Positions 30,385-40,518 are shown, numbered from the stretch's first letter. The stretch is 64,000 nucleotides of DNA from an uncultured Gemmatimonadaceae bacterium (GCA_963740355.1 CAVUDW010000003.1:2176001-2240000), one strand, 5' to 3'. The notes: generated from the sequence alone by a model not told the origin. A program made the numbers and translations.

Positions 30385-31565
30385 CTCGTCGCTCCATCTC
30401 GCGCCTCGCTGGCGTCACTGCCAGCGCCATCGTTCTCCTCACCCAGCAAGCCTGCATGTCCGGTGACAAGACGCCGCAGCCCGGCACGCCGAAGGCACGA
30501 TTCGCGAAGGCCCCGTTCGGCAAGTTGCCGTCGGGCCAGCCGGTCAGCATCTACACCCTGACGAACGGTCATGGCGTCGAACTGCGAGCGATGGACTACG
30601 GCGGGATCATCACATCGCTGCGCACGCCCGACCGCAACGATGCACTCGCTGACATCGTGCTTGGCTACGACAGTCTCGACGGCTACCTGAAGTCGACGCC
30701 GTACTTCGGCGCCATCGTCGGTCGGTACGCCAACCGGATCGCCAAGGGACAGTTCACGCTCGACGGTGCGACGTACAAGCTGGCTGTGAACAATGGGGCG
30801 AACGCATTGCACGGCGGCCTGGTCGGTTTCGACAAGGTGATGTGGCGCGGCGAGCCGTGGGATAGCGCCGGCAAGGTCGGCGTCGTCTTCACGTACACCA
30901 GCAAGGATGGCGAGGAAGGCTACCCTGGCACCGTGAAAGTGCGCGTGGCGTACACGCTGACCGACGACAATGAGTTTGCGGTCGACTACAGCGCCACCAG
31001 CGACAAGGCGACGCCGATCAACCTCAGTCAGCACACGTACTTCAACCTCGCCGGCGAAGGCAGCGGCAACATCCTCGGCCACAAGATCGCGATCGACGCC
31101 GACACCATCACGCCGGTGGACAGCACGTTGATCCCGACGGGCGTGAAGCAGTCGGTCGCGGGTACGCCATTCGACTTGCGCAAGCCGACCGCGATCGGCG
31201 CTCACATCGGCGAACCCGACGCACAGCTGAAGATCGCTGGCGGGTATGACCACAATTTCGTGTTGACCCGCAGCGGCGACGGCATGTCGCACGCCGCACG
31301 AGTCGTTGACCCGGTGAGCGGTCGCACACTCGATGTCGCCACGACTGAGCCAGGCATCCAGTTCTACACCGGCAACTTTCTCGATGGTACGATCACAGGC
31401 AAGAGCGGCCACGTCTATCAGCACCGCACCGGCTTCTGCCTCGAGACGCAGCATTTCCCCGACTCACCAAATCAGCCAAAGTTCCCATCGACGATCCTGC
31501 GGCCGGGTGCTGAGTATCGCTCGCGCACCGTCTTTACCTTTGGCGTCGTGAAGACGAACGAATAG
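30381..31565 (+). CDS. galM: Aldose 1-epimerase (mutarotase), probable lipoprotein
   Basis: GRYANRI, LHGG, GEEGYPG, HTYFNL, GYDHN and FCLETQHFPD motifs; 4-bp overlap with the upstream GH gene. Confidence 0.93.
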   Translation: MTRRSISRLAGVTASAIVLLTQQACMSGDKTPQPGTPKARFAKAPFGKLPSGQPVSIYTLTNGHGVELRAMDYGGIITSLRTPDRNDALADIVLGYDSLDGYLKSTPYFGAIVGRYANRIAKGQFTLDGATYKLAVNNGANALHGGLVGFDKVMWRGEPWDSAGKVGVVFTYTSKDGEEGYPGTVKVRVAYTLTDDNEFAVDYSATSDKATPINLSQHTYFNLAGEGSGNILGHKIAIDADTITPVDSTLIPTGVKQSVAGTPFDLRKPTAIGAHIGEPDAQLKIAGGYDHNFVLTRSGDGMSHAARVVDPVSGRTLDVATTEPGIQFYTGNFLDGTITGKSGHVYQHRTGFCLETQHFPDSPNQPKFPSTILRPGAEYRSRTVFTFGVVKTNE

Positions 31566-31663
31566 AGCTGTCAAGCCGGCAGCAACTGCAACTGCTCATC
31601 GCAAGCGCGCCTGCGTGGGGCAGATGCAGTTGTGTGCTCGAGCGATCGATGCCCGATGGTGGA

Positions 31664-34501
31664 TCAGTGCTCGACCGTGCCCGCGACATACACCGGTTCG
31701 ATGTTCTCGAAGTAGAGGCCGAGGAACCGTCCTCGCGGCAACGTGGACAGCTCGAGCACGAATTGGTGGTACCGATCGGGCGCGAGTGACGAGATGTCGG
31801 CGTAGAACCCGGTGAACGTGCTGCGCTCCGTCTGGATCGATGTGTAGGCCTTCCTGAACTCCACTGGCTGGCCATCGATAGTGAGACGCGCGGTCATGCT
31901 GTCGTTCGCGCTCACGATGGGCGCCCACAACAATAGCCGTTCAGGCGCGAGCCAGGAAGTTTGCGAATCCACTGCTGTCCATGAAATCGGCCAGGCCGCG
32001 CGACGCGCGCGAAGTTGCGCCAATATATTCTGCGGAATCGAGAACTCGCCGGTCACACGCCCGCCGGTGAAGGTCGAATCCCACCACGTCACCGGGTGCA
32101 TCGGGACCAGCGACTGCTCGCCGAATCGCACCAGGAATCGCGCCAGCCCATCACGGCGCGAGAAATGGTCTACGGTACGGCCATTCACGCGTGCGTGCGT
32201 AATCCGCGCGGCAGTGGGTACGGAGACGACGAGTGACTCCGTCGATCCCAATTCCCCAACCACGCTGTCCACCACCAGCGTGTCACCGGCGATCCTCGCG
32301 ATGCCGGTTCCATTCACGACGACCGCCGACGTCACCAGCGAGGGGGCACGTGAGATCTCGAACACACGTGCACCGCCACCGTGTACGCCAACCCGGAGAG
32401 TATCGCCACGCTTCCATCGCGTGAACTTTCGCGAGGCGATTGCCCGTCCAGGCAGCGGATAGACCTCACGCACGACGTACTCCGCACGCGTCGTCAGCCC
32501 GATCGTCGCATCCAGCACGACCTGCGCACCGAGTGGGCGCGGATCCGGATTGAAGAGAAAGACATACCCATGATCACCATCGATCATCGCGCTGCCATCG
32601 ACCTTGCCCAGCCCGGGCTGCCCGAGAATCTGCCGCGTATGCCGAAGCAGGTCCTTGTTGGTCGCCGTCCACTCCAGCCACCCACGCAACCACGCCTTGT
32701 CAGCCGTGCTGAAGTTGGCGTTCTCCGCCGAGTCACGCGCCGGCAGCATGTTGATCACGTTGTTCCAGCCCCCCACTGCAATCGACGACAGCACTGAATA
32801 CCGCCAGCCGAGGTAGTCCCAGTCGCGAGTGCGGAACGGGAGGATCACGCGGCCACGATCGGCCGTATTCGCCTGCGGCATGTCGTCCGTCTCATCCAGC
32901 CGCGGCGTCTGGTGCGTCATGAATCCCGGCACCAACTCGTTCGGCGTGAACTCGTAGTTCCGATACCGATATGCCGTGTAGCGCTCGCGATTGGCCGAGA
33001 CGCGGTCGAAGTGGAGGTCTGGATACGGCGTGAAGCTTTCCGGCTGCTCGTCGTGAAACGTCGGGTGCGGATAGCTCCCTGCCAGGTAACTCCACGGGCC
33101 ATACAGGTGATGCGCCTGCCGCCCGTCGATTACGATGTCCGGAATCCGTCGGCGCAGTTCCTCCATCACCCGCCGCCAGCCGTACCACTGCGCGTATCGA
33201 CTGGCGCCGTCGTAGGTGAGGAAGGTGTGGTCGAAGGAGTAGCCCGCGATGCCGGTGCGATCATGGAACGCCACCAGTTCCTCGATCAGCCAGTCCTGCA
33301 ACGCACGATTACCGAGGTTCGCCGCCTTCCGCTTCGGGTCACGACGGGACGGCACCAGCCACTCGGCATTCTGCGAAAACGGCAGCACTGGATACACGTA
33401 TGCCAGCAGCTTCAGCTTGCGGTCGCGCGCGGCGTCCAGCATCTCGCGAATACTCGGCGGAATTTCGCTGGTGCGTGGGTTCCACTCATCGCGGCGGATC
33501 TTCTGCCCGAGCCCGAGCCACAGCACATGCTCCCAGCTCCAGTCGTCAACACTCTCCTCTCGACGCGACACTGCAGAATTGGATGGCGCATACAGCACAT
33601 ACTGCGCGCCGACGGCTGCCGCCTGGTCGAAGATCCGCTTGTATTCCGCGCGTCCCTCGGCCGTCCCGACATCCACCTGGTAGTCGTTTGCGCACCAGCC
33701 CACGAACACGTTCAACGGCGCCTTCGGTTCGAAGAGAATCAGGGAACGCACCATGCCGGTGAATGCCGCGACCTCCGCTTCGTCGAGCCCAGGCGTGCCC
33801 TTCTCCACTGTTCGCCACTCAGCCGTCATCGCGAGCGGTATCGTGCGGCCTGACAAGGCGACAGGCGCCAGCAGCCCGCGGTCGGTTGTGTAGGTGCCGT
33901 ACTGCGCGCGCCACTCCATGTCCGGCGTGTAACTGAGCGTGATCTCGCGGCCCGCGACACCCACGTGCAGGAACGGGTTCTGCGCAATCATCAGCAACGA
34001 GCGCCTGCCGCGCACGCGAATCGCGGCGCCGTACTCCGCCGTGCCAAGCGACGCCTGTGCACTCTGCGGTCGGAAGACACTCACGGGCGTCTCTGCCAGC
34101 CGCGAGCGGAACAGCGTCACCTCACCAACGCTGAAGCTCTTCGCAGCCAGCGACGCGACCGAGAGGGTCTTGCTCACGAACCGCCAGCCCGGGTGCAGTT
34201 CGTATGTCACATCGACGTTGAACGTCGCGGACTTCCAGTGATACACGACGCGATCCGCCAGCACCTCCTTCGTCGGTGCGGCCAGTCGGCGGCTGTCGAT
34301 CACCTGCGTGGCAAGCGTGATCGCGAAGTCATCACTCCGAAGCTGATGCGCGATGCGGTCCTGCACACCAGCGAGCGCAGTCAGTCCGCGTGGACCGAAC
34401 TGCGCTCGGACGTGCGCATTGCGAAGGACCTGGCCGTCCGCCCCGCTGGCAGCGGTGCCGAGCGCCGCAAGAACGGCGCACCGCCGGATCAGCCGCCGCA
34501 T
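31664..34501 (-). CDS. Large secreted hypothetical protein with a GH clan-D-like TIM-barrel core
   Basis: 945-aa ORF with signal peptide. The segment order (GWCAND; IFDQAAAVG; LLAYVYP; NLGN..LQDWL; GYSFDH) resembles GH36/GH27-type barrels. Family not recognised. Confidence 0.7.
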   Translation of the reverse strand: MRRLIRRCAVLAALGTAASGADGQVLRNAHVRAQFGPRGLTALAGVQDRIAHQLRSDDFAITLATQVIDSRRLAAPTKEVLADRVVYHWKSATFNVDVTYELHPGWRFVSKTLSVASLAAKSFSVGEVTLFRSRLAETPVSVFRPQSAQASLGTAEYGAAIRVRGRRSLLMIAQNPFLHVGVAGREITLSYTPDMEWRAQYGTYTTDRGLLAPVALSGRTIPLAMTAEWRTVEKGTPGLDEAEVAAFTGMVRSLILFEPKAPLNVFVGWCANDYQVDVGTAEGRAEYKRIFDQAAAVGAQYVLYAPSNSAVSRREESVDDWSWEHVLWLGLGQKIRRDEWNPRTSEIPPSIREMLDAARDRKLKLLAYVYPVLPFSQNAEWLVPSRRDPKRKAANLGNRALQDWLIEELVAFHDRTGIAGYSFDHTFLTYDGASRYAQWYGWRRVMEELRRRIPDIVIDGRQAHHLYGPWSYLAGSYPHPTFHDEQPESFTPYPDLHFDRVSANRERYTAYRYRNYEFTPNELVPGFMTHQTPRLDETDDMPQANTADRGRVILPFRTRDWDYLGWRYSVLSSIAVGGWNNVINMLPARDSAENANFSTADKAWLRGWLEWTATNKDLLRHTRQILGQPGLGKVDGSAMIDGDHGYVFLFNPDPRPLGAQVVLDATIGLTTRAEYVVREVYPLPGRAIASRKFTRWKRGDTLRVGVHGGGARVFEISRAPSLVTSAVVVNGTGIARIAGDTLVVDSVVGELGSTESLVVSVPTAARITHARVNGRTVDHFSRRDGLARFLVRFGEQSLVPMHPVTWWDSTFTGGRVTGEFSIPQNILAQLRARRAAWPISWTAVDSQTSWLAPERLLLWAPIVSANDSMTARLTIDGQPVEFRKAYTSIQTERSTFTGFYADISSLAPDRYHQFVLELSTLPRGRFLGLYFENIEPVYVAGTVEH

Positions 34502-35157
34502 CAGAAGACTCGACGCGCCAACCGGGCGACGGTGAACTTTGCGGTATCTGCGATAGCCATCACCGTCATGACGCCCGCCTGCACCGGATCCGACACCACC
34601 AGGTCTGCCGCATCCGGCACACTGCCGGCCATGTTGAGACTCACCACCAGCAGCCCCTGCGCGCGAACCTCGCGCACGGCCTTCTCGATGTCGCCCCCCA
34701 TCAGCGCGCCAGCCAGCACCAGCGCTGAGGCACGCGGCAGGCGTGCCACGGCACGCACCGCGGCGGCCAAAGGTGCCTCACCCACCAACGGGATCGTGTC
34801 GACGGAAATGCGCTCGCCACGAATGTTGTGGCGATCCGCCTCCGAGATCGCACCGATCGCCACCTGCCCCACCTGCGCTCCACCACCCATGATGATGATC
34901 CGCTTGCCATAGATCATCTGCAGCGTGGCCAACTTGTCGATGCCGCGCACGATCGAGAGACTGCGCATGTCAGCCAGCATCGCCTCGGACTCACCCGGAA
35001 GCTCGATCTCGAAGTAGAGCGACGTCTCACCATCACGCGTACCCAGGATTTCGACCGACGCGATGTCGCCCTCGTGTTTCGCGATCACTCCCGTCAACTG
35101 GTGCAGCACACCGCTGCCCGAGACGGTGCGTGCCAGGACTCCGAAGCGTTCACTCAT
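34501..35157 (-). CDS. ACT-domain protein, AF1403/COG1707 (DUF5612) type
   Basis: N-terminal ACT motif (GVLHQLTGVIA..EGDI) followed by YGKRIIIMGGGAQV.QVA.GAISEADRHNIRGERISVDTIP and DPVQAGV. Confidence 0.85.
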   Translation of the reverse strand: MSERFGVLARTVSGSGVLHQLTGVIAKHEGDIASVEILGTRDGETSLYFEIELPGESEAMLADMRSLSIVRGIDKLATLQMIYGKRIIIMGGGAQVGQVAIGAISEADRHNIRGERISVDTIPLVGEAPLAAAVRAVARLPRASALVLAGALMGGDIEKAVREVRAQGLLVVSLNMAGSVPDAADLVVSDPVQAGVMTVMAIADTAKFTVARLARRVF

Positions 35158-35210
35158 GCGCAAATCCCTCGTGTCGGGGTGGTGCCATCGATGACCATCG
35201 ACCGTGTTCG

Positions 35211-36158
35211 TTACCGCGAGCGCCGCATCGCCTTCCAGCTGGTGAGGCACTTCTGCGCCGTCTCGAGTTCCGAGAAGCGGCTGCCTTCCTGCTCCATCAG
35301 GTAGAACTCCACGCCGCCCACCGATTCCAGTGCCGCCATGATCGGCTTCCACGGCGAGATTCCTTCGCCGAACAGCACACGGTACGACTTCTCGTCTGCC
35401 TCGGTGCCCGGAGCCCAGTCCTTCAAGTGTGCACTCCGAATTCGGCCGGGGTTAGCGTTGATCCACGCGACCGGATCGGCGCCGGCCTTCACGCAGGTGC
35501 CCACGTCGAGTTGCAGCACGAAGTCCGCTGGCGTATTGGCCGCAATCAGGTCCATCACCCGCTGGTTGCCGTCCACCTTCGCCCATTCGGCATCGTGATT
35601 GTGCAAACCCGCCAGCAGGCCGTGCGGGCGCAGCACATCGGATGCGGCGGTGAGCTTGCCGGCGAAGGCCTTCCACTCATCGGCCGTGCCGGTGTTCATC
35701 GGCGGCGATGCAAGGATGATGTGCCGTGCGCCAAGGATCTGGTTGATCTCGATCGCCTTCGTCATCGTGTCGCCGGGCGTGAGCGAGGCGATGCTGTTGT
35801 GCGTCGAATAGCAGCGCAGCCCGAGATCATCGAGCATCGTCCGCACTTCCTTCGCGCGCGGGAATGTCCAGCCGAGGTACGGCGCGAAGAACTCCACCGC
35901 ATCGTAGCCGTATCCCTTCAGCGACTTCAACGTGCCGGGCAGGTCAGCCTGCTGGGAGCGACGCACCGCGAACATCTCGATGCCGATTGGATAGGTCTTC
36001 GGCTCGGGTGCACGTGGCGCGCTCGGGCTGTCAGCAGCGGCCGTTGAGGAAGCTGCACCCGCAAGGAGCGGTGTCGCGGCGAGGAGTGCGGCGCTGGCGC
36101 CGGTGCGGGCAAGAAAATCACGGCGCGTAAGCGACGTATCTGACGGCTGGGATGACAT
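35211..36158 (-). CDS. Tat-exported sugar phosphate isomerase/epimerase-family TIM barrel
   Basis: TRRDFL signal; GYDAVE, LHNH..E, QLDVG, HLKD and MEQE motifs. Confidence 0.88.
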   Translation of the reverse strand: MSSQPSDTSLTRRDFLARTGASAALLAATPLLAGAASSTAAADSPSAPRAPEPKTYPIGIEMFAVRRSQQADLPGTLKSLKGYGYDAVEFFAPYLGWTFPRAKEVRTMLDDLGLRCYSTHNSIASLTPGDTMTKAIEINQILGARHIILASPPMNTGTADEWKAFAGKLTAASDVLRPHGLLAGLHNHDAEWAKVDGNQRVMDLIAANTPADFVLQLDVGTCVKAGADPVAWINANPGRIRSAHLKDWAPGTEADEKSYRVLFGEGISPWKPIMAALESVGGVEFYLMEQEGSRFSELETAQKCLTSWKAMRRSR

Positions 36159-36195
36159 GACTGAAGCGAGTGAAAGGTGACGGTACAACCGAAAG

Positions 36196-37215
36196 TCAGC
36201 GTACAGGACTGAGCGATGCGAGGTATGCCGAGACGGCGATCATCTCGTCGAGCGAAAGCGCATTCGCCACCGACTGCATCGGCGCACCGGTCGGCGTGGC
36301 ACGTGTTCCAGCCTTGAAGGCCAGAAGCTGTCGCACCAGGTAGCCAGGTGACCGACCAGCGAGGGGTGGAATGACGCCCACCCCATGCAGCTGCGGCCCG
36401 TGGCATCCGGCACAAGTCAATCCGCCGGCGGCAACCGCGCGGGCGGCGATGGCACGACCGCGCGTGATGCTCCCCTTGGGGACGAAGGCAGTGTATCGCA
36501 CGCCAGGGTCGCGCCACTCGTGCAGGTCGTAGTTGTCCGGTGACTCCAGCAGGCGGCCAGCCAACGGCTCGCTTTCGGCGCCGGGAATGCGGCGATAGAG
36601 ACCCAGTACCGGAACCATTTTCGGGACGCGATCGACCTCACGGACTACGGTCCGCTGGCGGAGCGTGAGCGATGCGAAGTAGGCAGCCGCAATCGCGACT
36701 TCCTCATCGGTCGCGTTGTCCGCCACGATCTGCATGTTGTCGTTCGGCGCGTACGCCGATCTGAACGCACCATGTCGCGCGTGCGACTTGATGTCGGCCA
36801 CCTGCTGAATGATGTAGGCGGCAGGCAGCCCAGCGAGCGAGGCGTTTTCGGGTCTTCCATTGCCATCAGGCATGTGGCAATAGGCGCAGGCATACACCGC
36901 TGGCCGACGACCGAGCGCCACAGGGGCGGGCATCGACGGATGCGTAGACGGCGTCCAGTCGGGTGCGAAGTACAGGTTATGCAGCTGCTTTTCGACGAAA
37001 GTCGCACGACTGTGCGGAACGTGCAGCGGCGTGACCGAGTCGAAGACGGGCGTTGGACCGGCCGACGGTCGTGGATAGAGCCAGTCCGGCACCTCGACCG
37101 TCGCCTGCGACACCGCACCAGCCGTCTGCGCCGCAAAAGCGGACGGCCGGAGAAACATGCCCGCGCCGAGCATGCAGACTGCACCCGCCACGAGCCGACT
37201 TGACCGAATGCGCAC
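36196..37215 (-). CDS. Diheme c-type cytochrome (c4/c553-like)
   Basis: CAYCH and CAGCH heme motifs, GRPENASLAG, PPLAGRSP.Y; signal peptide. Confidence 0.88.
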   Translation of the reverse strand: MRIRSSRLVAGAVCMLGAGMFLRPSAFAAQTAGAVSQATVEVPDWLYPRPSAGPTPVFDSVTPLHVPHSRATFVEKQLHNLYFAPDWTPSTHPSMPAPVALGRRPAVYACAYCHMPDGNGRPENASLAGLPAAYIIQQVADIKSHARHGAFRSAYAPNDNMQIVADNATDEEVAIAAAYFASLTLRQRTVVREVDRVPKMVPVLGLYRRIPGAESEPLAGRLLESPDNYDLHEWRDPGVRYTAFVPKGSITRGRAIAARAVAAGGLTCAGCHGPQLHGVGVIPPLAGRSPGYLVRQLLAFKAGTRATPTGAPMQSVANALSLDEMIAVSAYLASLSPVR

Positions 37216-37239
37216 GCGCTCTCTCCCGGGAGGGGGGCC

Positions 37240-38580
37240 TCAGGACGTCACGACCGCCGCCCGGGCCGCGTCCCGCGACGCCGTGCGGGAGGCAACGTAC
37301 AGCACGGCGACCAGCACCGCGCAGAACAGTGGCATCACGTACATGGCATCGTGCAGCCCCAACGCGCGGCTCTCGGCCGGCGTCACGCCTGAGGCGAGCG
37401 CACGTGCGGCCATGCTGTCACTCAGCCGACCAAAGAACACCAGCCCAATCGCCGTGAAGATGTAGAAGACGAAGAAGTACACGCTCATCGCCATCCCGCG
37501 CATCGCGGCCGGCACGATGTCGTGGATGGCTGCGTACACGGTGCTGTAATAGAGATATATCGAGAGCACCGCCGCGAAGAGATAGCCCGCGAAACCCCAC
37601 GCGTCGCCTCGCGGTTGCTCGAGGGCCAGCCAGAACAGGGGCGCCGCGATGAGGCAGCCCAGGGTCGCCAGTCGAAGCCGTCCCGCCGCCCCCTTCCTGC
37701 CGGCGCGATCACCAAGCCAGCCGCCCAACACCATGCCCAACCCGCCGCCCAACCCGAACACCATCGCGTTGAATCGATTGGCGTAGTCGATGTCGAGGCC
37801 GTGGTAGCGGATGTAGAACGAGGTCGAGAAGGCACTGACGCAATACAGCACGAGATTCATCAGCGCACCCGACGCGATGATCCACCACATCGTCGGGATG
37901 CGAAGGATGGCGCGAATCGAATCCGCCGCAGACGTGGGTGGAAGCGCCGTCGTCACGGCAGCGCCCTGCCGGATCGGCTCGGCGATGAAGAGCGCGAGAA
38001 CGGCCAACACGAAGCCAGGCACCGCCGCGACGTACAGTGCGGGCCGCCATCCGCCGGTCGCCTTCGCGATCAGGCCGCTGATCAGGTAACTCGCGCCGAG
38101 GCCCAACGGCAAGCCGAGCATGAAGATGCTGATTGCGCGCGCCCGCAGGCGCGGCGGGAAGAGGTCGGCGATGAGGGAGTTCGCCGTCGGCGCCAGACTC
38201 GCCTCACCGACACCGACACCCATGCGCGACAGAAAGTGCCAGAAGAAGCTGCCCGCAGCGCCGGACAACGCAGTGAAGGCGCTCCACACCACCACGCCTC
38301 GACTGAGCATCAATCGTCGTTTTCCAGTGTCGGCAAGGCGACCGAACGGAATGCCCACCAGCGCGTACAGCAGCACGAACGCGGTGGTCAGGCTGCCGAG
38401 CTGGCCATCACTCAGTTGCCACTCCTGCTTGATCTTCTCGCCGACCGCGCCGATCACCTGTCGATCGTAGAAGTTCATAAAGTTCATCGCGAACAGCACC
38501 GCCAGCGTGTACCCGAGCTGTGCCCTCGAGTACGCGGTCCGCTCACCGTTGTCCTGCACATACATTGTGTCCGACGGCAT
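37240..38580 (-). CDS. MFS transporter (Spinster-like)
   Basis: NFYDRQ, GRLAD...RR, GVGEAS, DLFP; about 12 TM helices. Start uncertain (38565-38646). Confidence 0.87.
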   Translation of the reverse strand: MPSDTMYVQDNGERTAYSRAQLGYTLAVLFAMNFMNFYDRQVIGAVGEKIKQEWQLSDGQLGSLTTAFVLLYALVGIPFGRLADTGKRRLMLSRGVVVWSAFTALSGAAGSFFWHFLSRMGVGVGEASLAPTANSLIADLFPPRLRARAISIFMLGLPLGLGASYLISGLIAKATGGWRPALYVAAVPGFVLAVLALFIAEPIRQGAAVTTALPPTSAADSIRAILRIPTMWWIIASGALMNLVLYCVSAFSTSFYIRYHGLDIDYANRFNAMVFGLGGGLGMVLGGWLGDRAGRKGAAGRLRLATLGCLIAAPLFWLALEQPRGDAWGFAGYLFAAVLSIYLYYSTVYAAIHDIVPAAMRGMAMSVYFFVFYIFTAIGLVFFGRLSDSMAARALASGVTPAESRALGLHDAMYVMPLFCAVLVAVLYVASRTASRDAARAAVVTS

Positions 38581-38671
38581 CGGCTCCGCCTTGTCAGCGC
38601 TACCGATGCCGCTCCGGCGACTGCCACCTCTCGTACTCACGCGCATGCTTCCTCATCATGTGGGCCACGCC

Positions 38672-39427
38672 ATGAAACTAGCTCTCTCGTTCACTGCGAT
38701 CGCGATGTGCGGCGCGTCACTCTCTGCGCAATCCAAGCTCAGTTCGTGGCCCCAACATTCTGAGGAGCGCCCGCATCCCGCGATCGTGCAGCCGGGCGCG
38801 CAATACACCATTGCGCCACCCAGCGATGCGGTCGTGTTGTTCAACGGATCGTCGCTCGACAAGTGGACATCGGCCGGCGGACCATCCAAGTGGCGCGTCG
38901 ACAACGGTGTCTTCGTCGCGGTCCCCGGCAGCGGTACGCTCAGCACCCGCGATGCGTTCGGCGATGTTCAGTTGCACATCGAGTGGACCTCACCGAATCC
39001 GCCGGTCGGCAAGGGACAGGATCGTGGCAATAGCGGCGTGTTTTTCGCCGATGGCCGATATGAAGTGCAGGTGCTCGATTCGCGCGACAACGTCACGTAC
39101 GCCGACGGACAGGCAGGCGCACTGTACGGCCAGTTTCCGCCATTGGTGAACGCCACGCGCGCGCCAGGCGAATGGCAGGTGTACGACATCGTGTATCACC
39201 GTCCACGTTTCAAGGCCGATGGGTCGCTGGAATCGGCCGCACGCCTCACCGTGTTTCTGAACGGTGTGCTGATCCAGGACAACATGGAGTTGGTCGGACC
39301 GACGGCCAACGGCTCTCGCCCGTCGTACACGAAGCATGCGGATCGCCTTCCGATCTCGTTACAGGACCACGGGCACCCGGTGCGTTATCGCAACGTCTGG
39401 CTGCGCGAACTCGAGCCGAAGCCGTAA
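38672..39427 (+). CDS. DUF1080 (3-keto-disaccharide hydrolase/eliminase-like) secreted protein
   Basis: APPSDA.VLFNG, FGD.QLHIEW, GNSGVF, YEVQVLDS and LQDHG..V.YRN.W motifs. Confidence 0.9.
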   Translation: MKLALSFTAIAMCGASLSAQSKLSSWPQHSEERPHPAIVQPGAQYTIAPPSDAVVLFNGSSLDKWTSAGGPSKWRVDNGVFVAVPGSGTLSTRDAFGDVQLHIEWTSPNPPVGKGQDRGNSGVFFADGRYEVQVLDSRDNVTYADGQAGALYGQFPPLVNATRAPGEWQVYDIVYHRPRFKADGSLESAARLTVFLNGVLIQDNMELVGPTANGSRPSYTKHADRLPISLQDHGHPVRYRNVWLRELEPKP

Positions 39428-39471
39428 GCGTCGGAGACGGCTCGCCCAGCACGCCGTATCATTGCGCCAGG

Positions 39472-39516
39472 AAAGCCAGGCACCGGTCAGCGCTTCTGAC
39501 TGGTGCCTGGCTTTTT
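39472..39516 (+). terminator. Rho-independent terminator
   Basis: AAAGCCAGGCACCGGTCAG-loop-CTGACTGGTGCCTGGCTTTTT hairpin with a U-tract. Confidence 0.85.
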
Positions 39517-39561
39517 GTGTCTTGCCCGAGAGGACTCTGCGGCGCGCGCCGTTGGCGCCGA

Positions 39562-40518
39562 TCAGCCGCCCACGACCTCAGTCGCAGCGCGGATGCGCAG
39601 CCTCGTGCCCCACGGATCGACCGTGATCAGGTGTTCATTCTCCTCGACGGCCGGGAAGTCCATGGCCCGCAGGCTGGCGCCAACTGCCTGCACGTCGCGG
39701 ATCGTCGGCACCACCAGCGTCCATTCCAGCAACCGGGCATCATCGGCGCCTGCCGGCAGGGCGCCAGCGCCCGCCCAGGTGTTGGTGCCCAGGTGATGGT
39801 GATATCCACCGGCTGCCAGGAACAGCGCCCCCGGATACGACCACACGACCTTGTCGAAGCCGATCGCGTCGGCGTAGAAGCGGGCGCCTGACTCTAGGTC
39901 ACCGACGTGCAGGTGGACGTGGCCAACGGTCGTGCCGAGCGGCATTCCGATCCACGCGGCGTCACCGGCGGCGGCGAGGAGTGAGCGCACATCGACAGGA
40001 TCGGTGGCCATCACCAACTCACGATTCCTGCTCCGCCACGCCGACCGTGGCCGATCGGCGTAGACCTCGATGCCCAGGTCGTCCGGATCCTGGAGATAGA
40101 GCGCCTCGCTCACCAGGTGGTCGCCTGCACCTGCTCGTGCCCCAACGACCTGCAGGTGGTGGAGGAACCGTCCAAGGTCTGCGCGACTCGGCAACAGAAT
40201 CGCGACGTGGTACAGGCCGAGTGTCTTCTTCGCACTGTTCGGTCGACCGGCTCGGTTCTCGACCAGTTCGATCAGACCCTGGTTGCTGCCCTGATCGGCG
40301 AGTGTGGCGCGACCGTCTGCGAGCGCGATGGCGTGAAAGCCCAGCACATTTTCGTAGAACTCGCGCGACCGCTCGAGGTTCGTCACCTGAAGCACGACGC
40401 TCTGGATCGTGGTCGACTCAGGCAGTCGATAGCCGTTTGGCCGAATTCCGTAGCTGTCAGTCGCGGCGGGCGCGGTGTTGCCGGTTCCACCGAAGATGTC
40501 GTTCAGGGTTGTGCCCAT
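39562..40518 (-). CDS. VOC family ring-cleavage dioxygenase (CatE-like)
   Basis: GLYHVAILLP.R.DL, DHLVSEALY..DPD..GIEVYADRP, GHVHLHV and GGYHHHLG.NTW motifs; GGAG Shine-Dalgarno before ATG 40518. Confidence 0.9.
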   Translation of the reverse strand: MGTTLNDIFGGTGNTAPAATDSYGIRPNGYRLPESTTIQSVVLQVTNLERSREFYENVLGFHAIALADGRATLADQGSNQGLIELVENRAGRPNSAKKTLGLYHVAILLPSRADLGRFLHHLQVVGARAGAGDHLVSEALYLQDPDDLGIEVYADRPRSAWRSRNRELVMATDPVDVRSLLAAAGDAAWIGMPLGTTVGHVHLHVGDLESGARFYADAIGFDKVVWSYPGALFLAAGGYHHHLGTNTWAGAGALPAGADDARLLEWTLVVPTIRDVQAVGASLRAMDFPAVEENEHLITVDPWGTRLRIRAATEVVGG

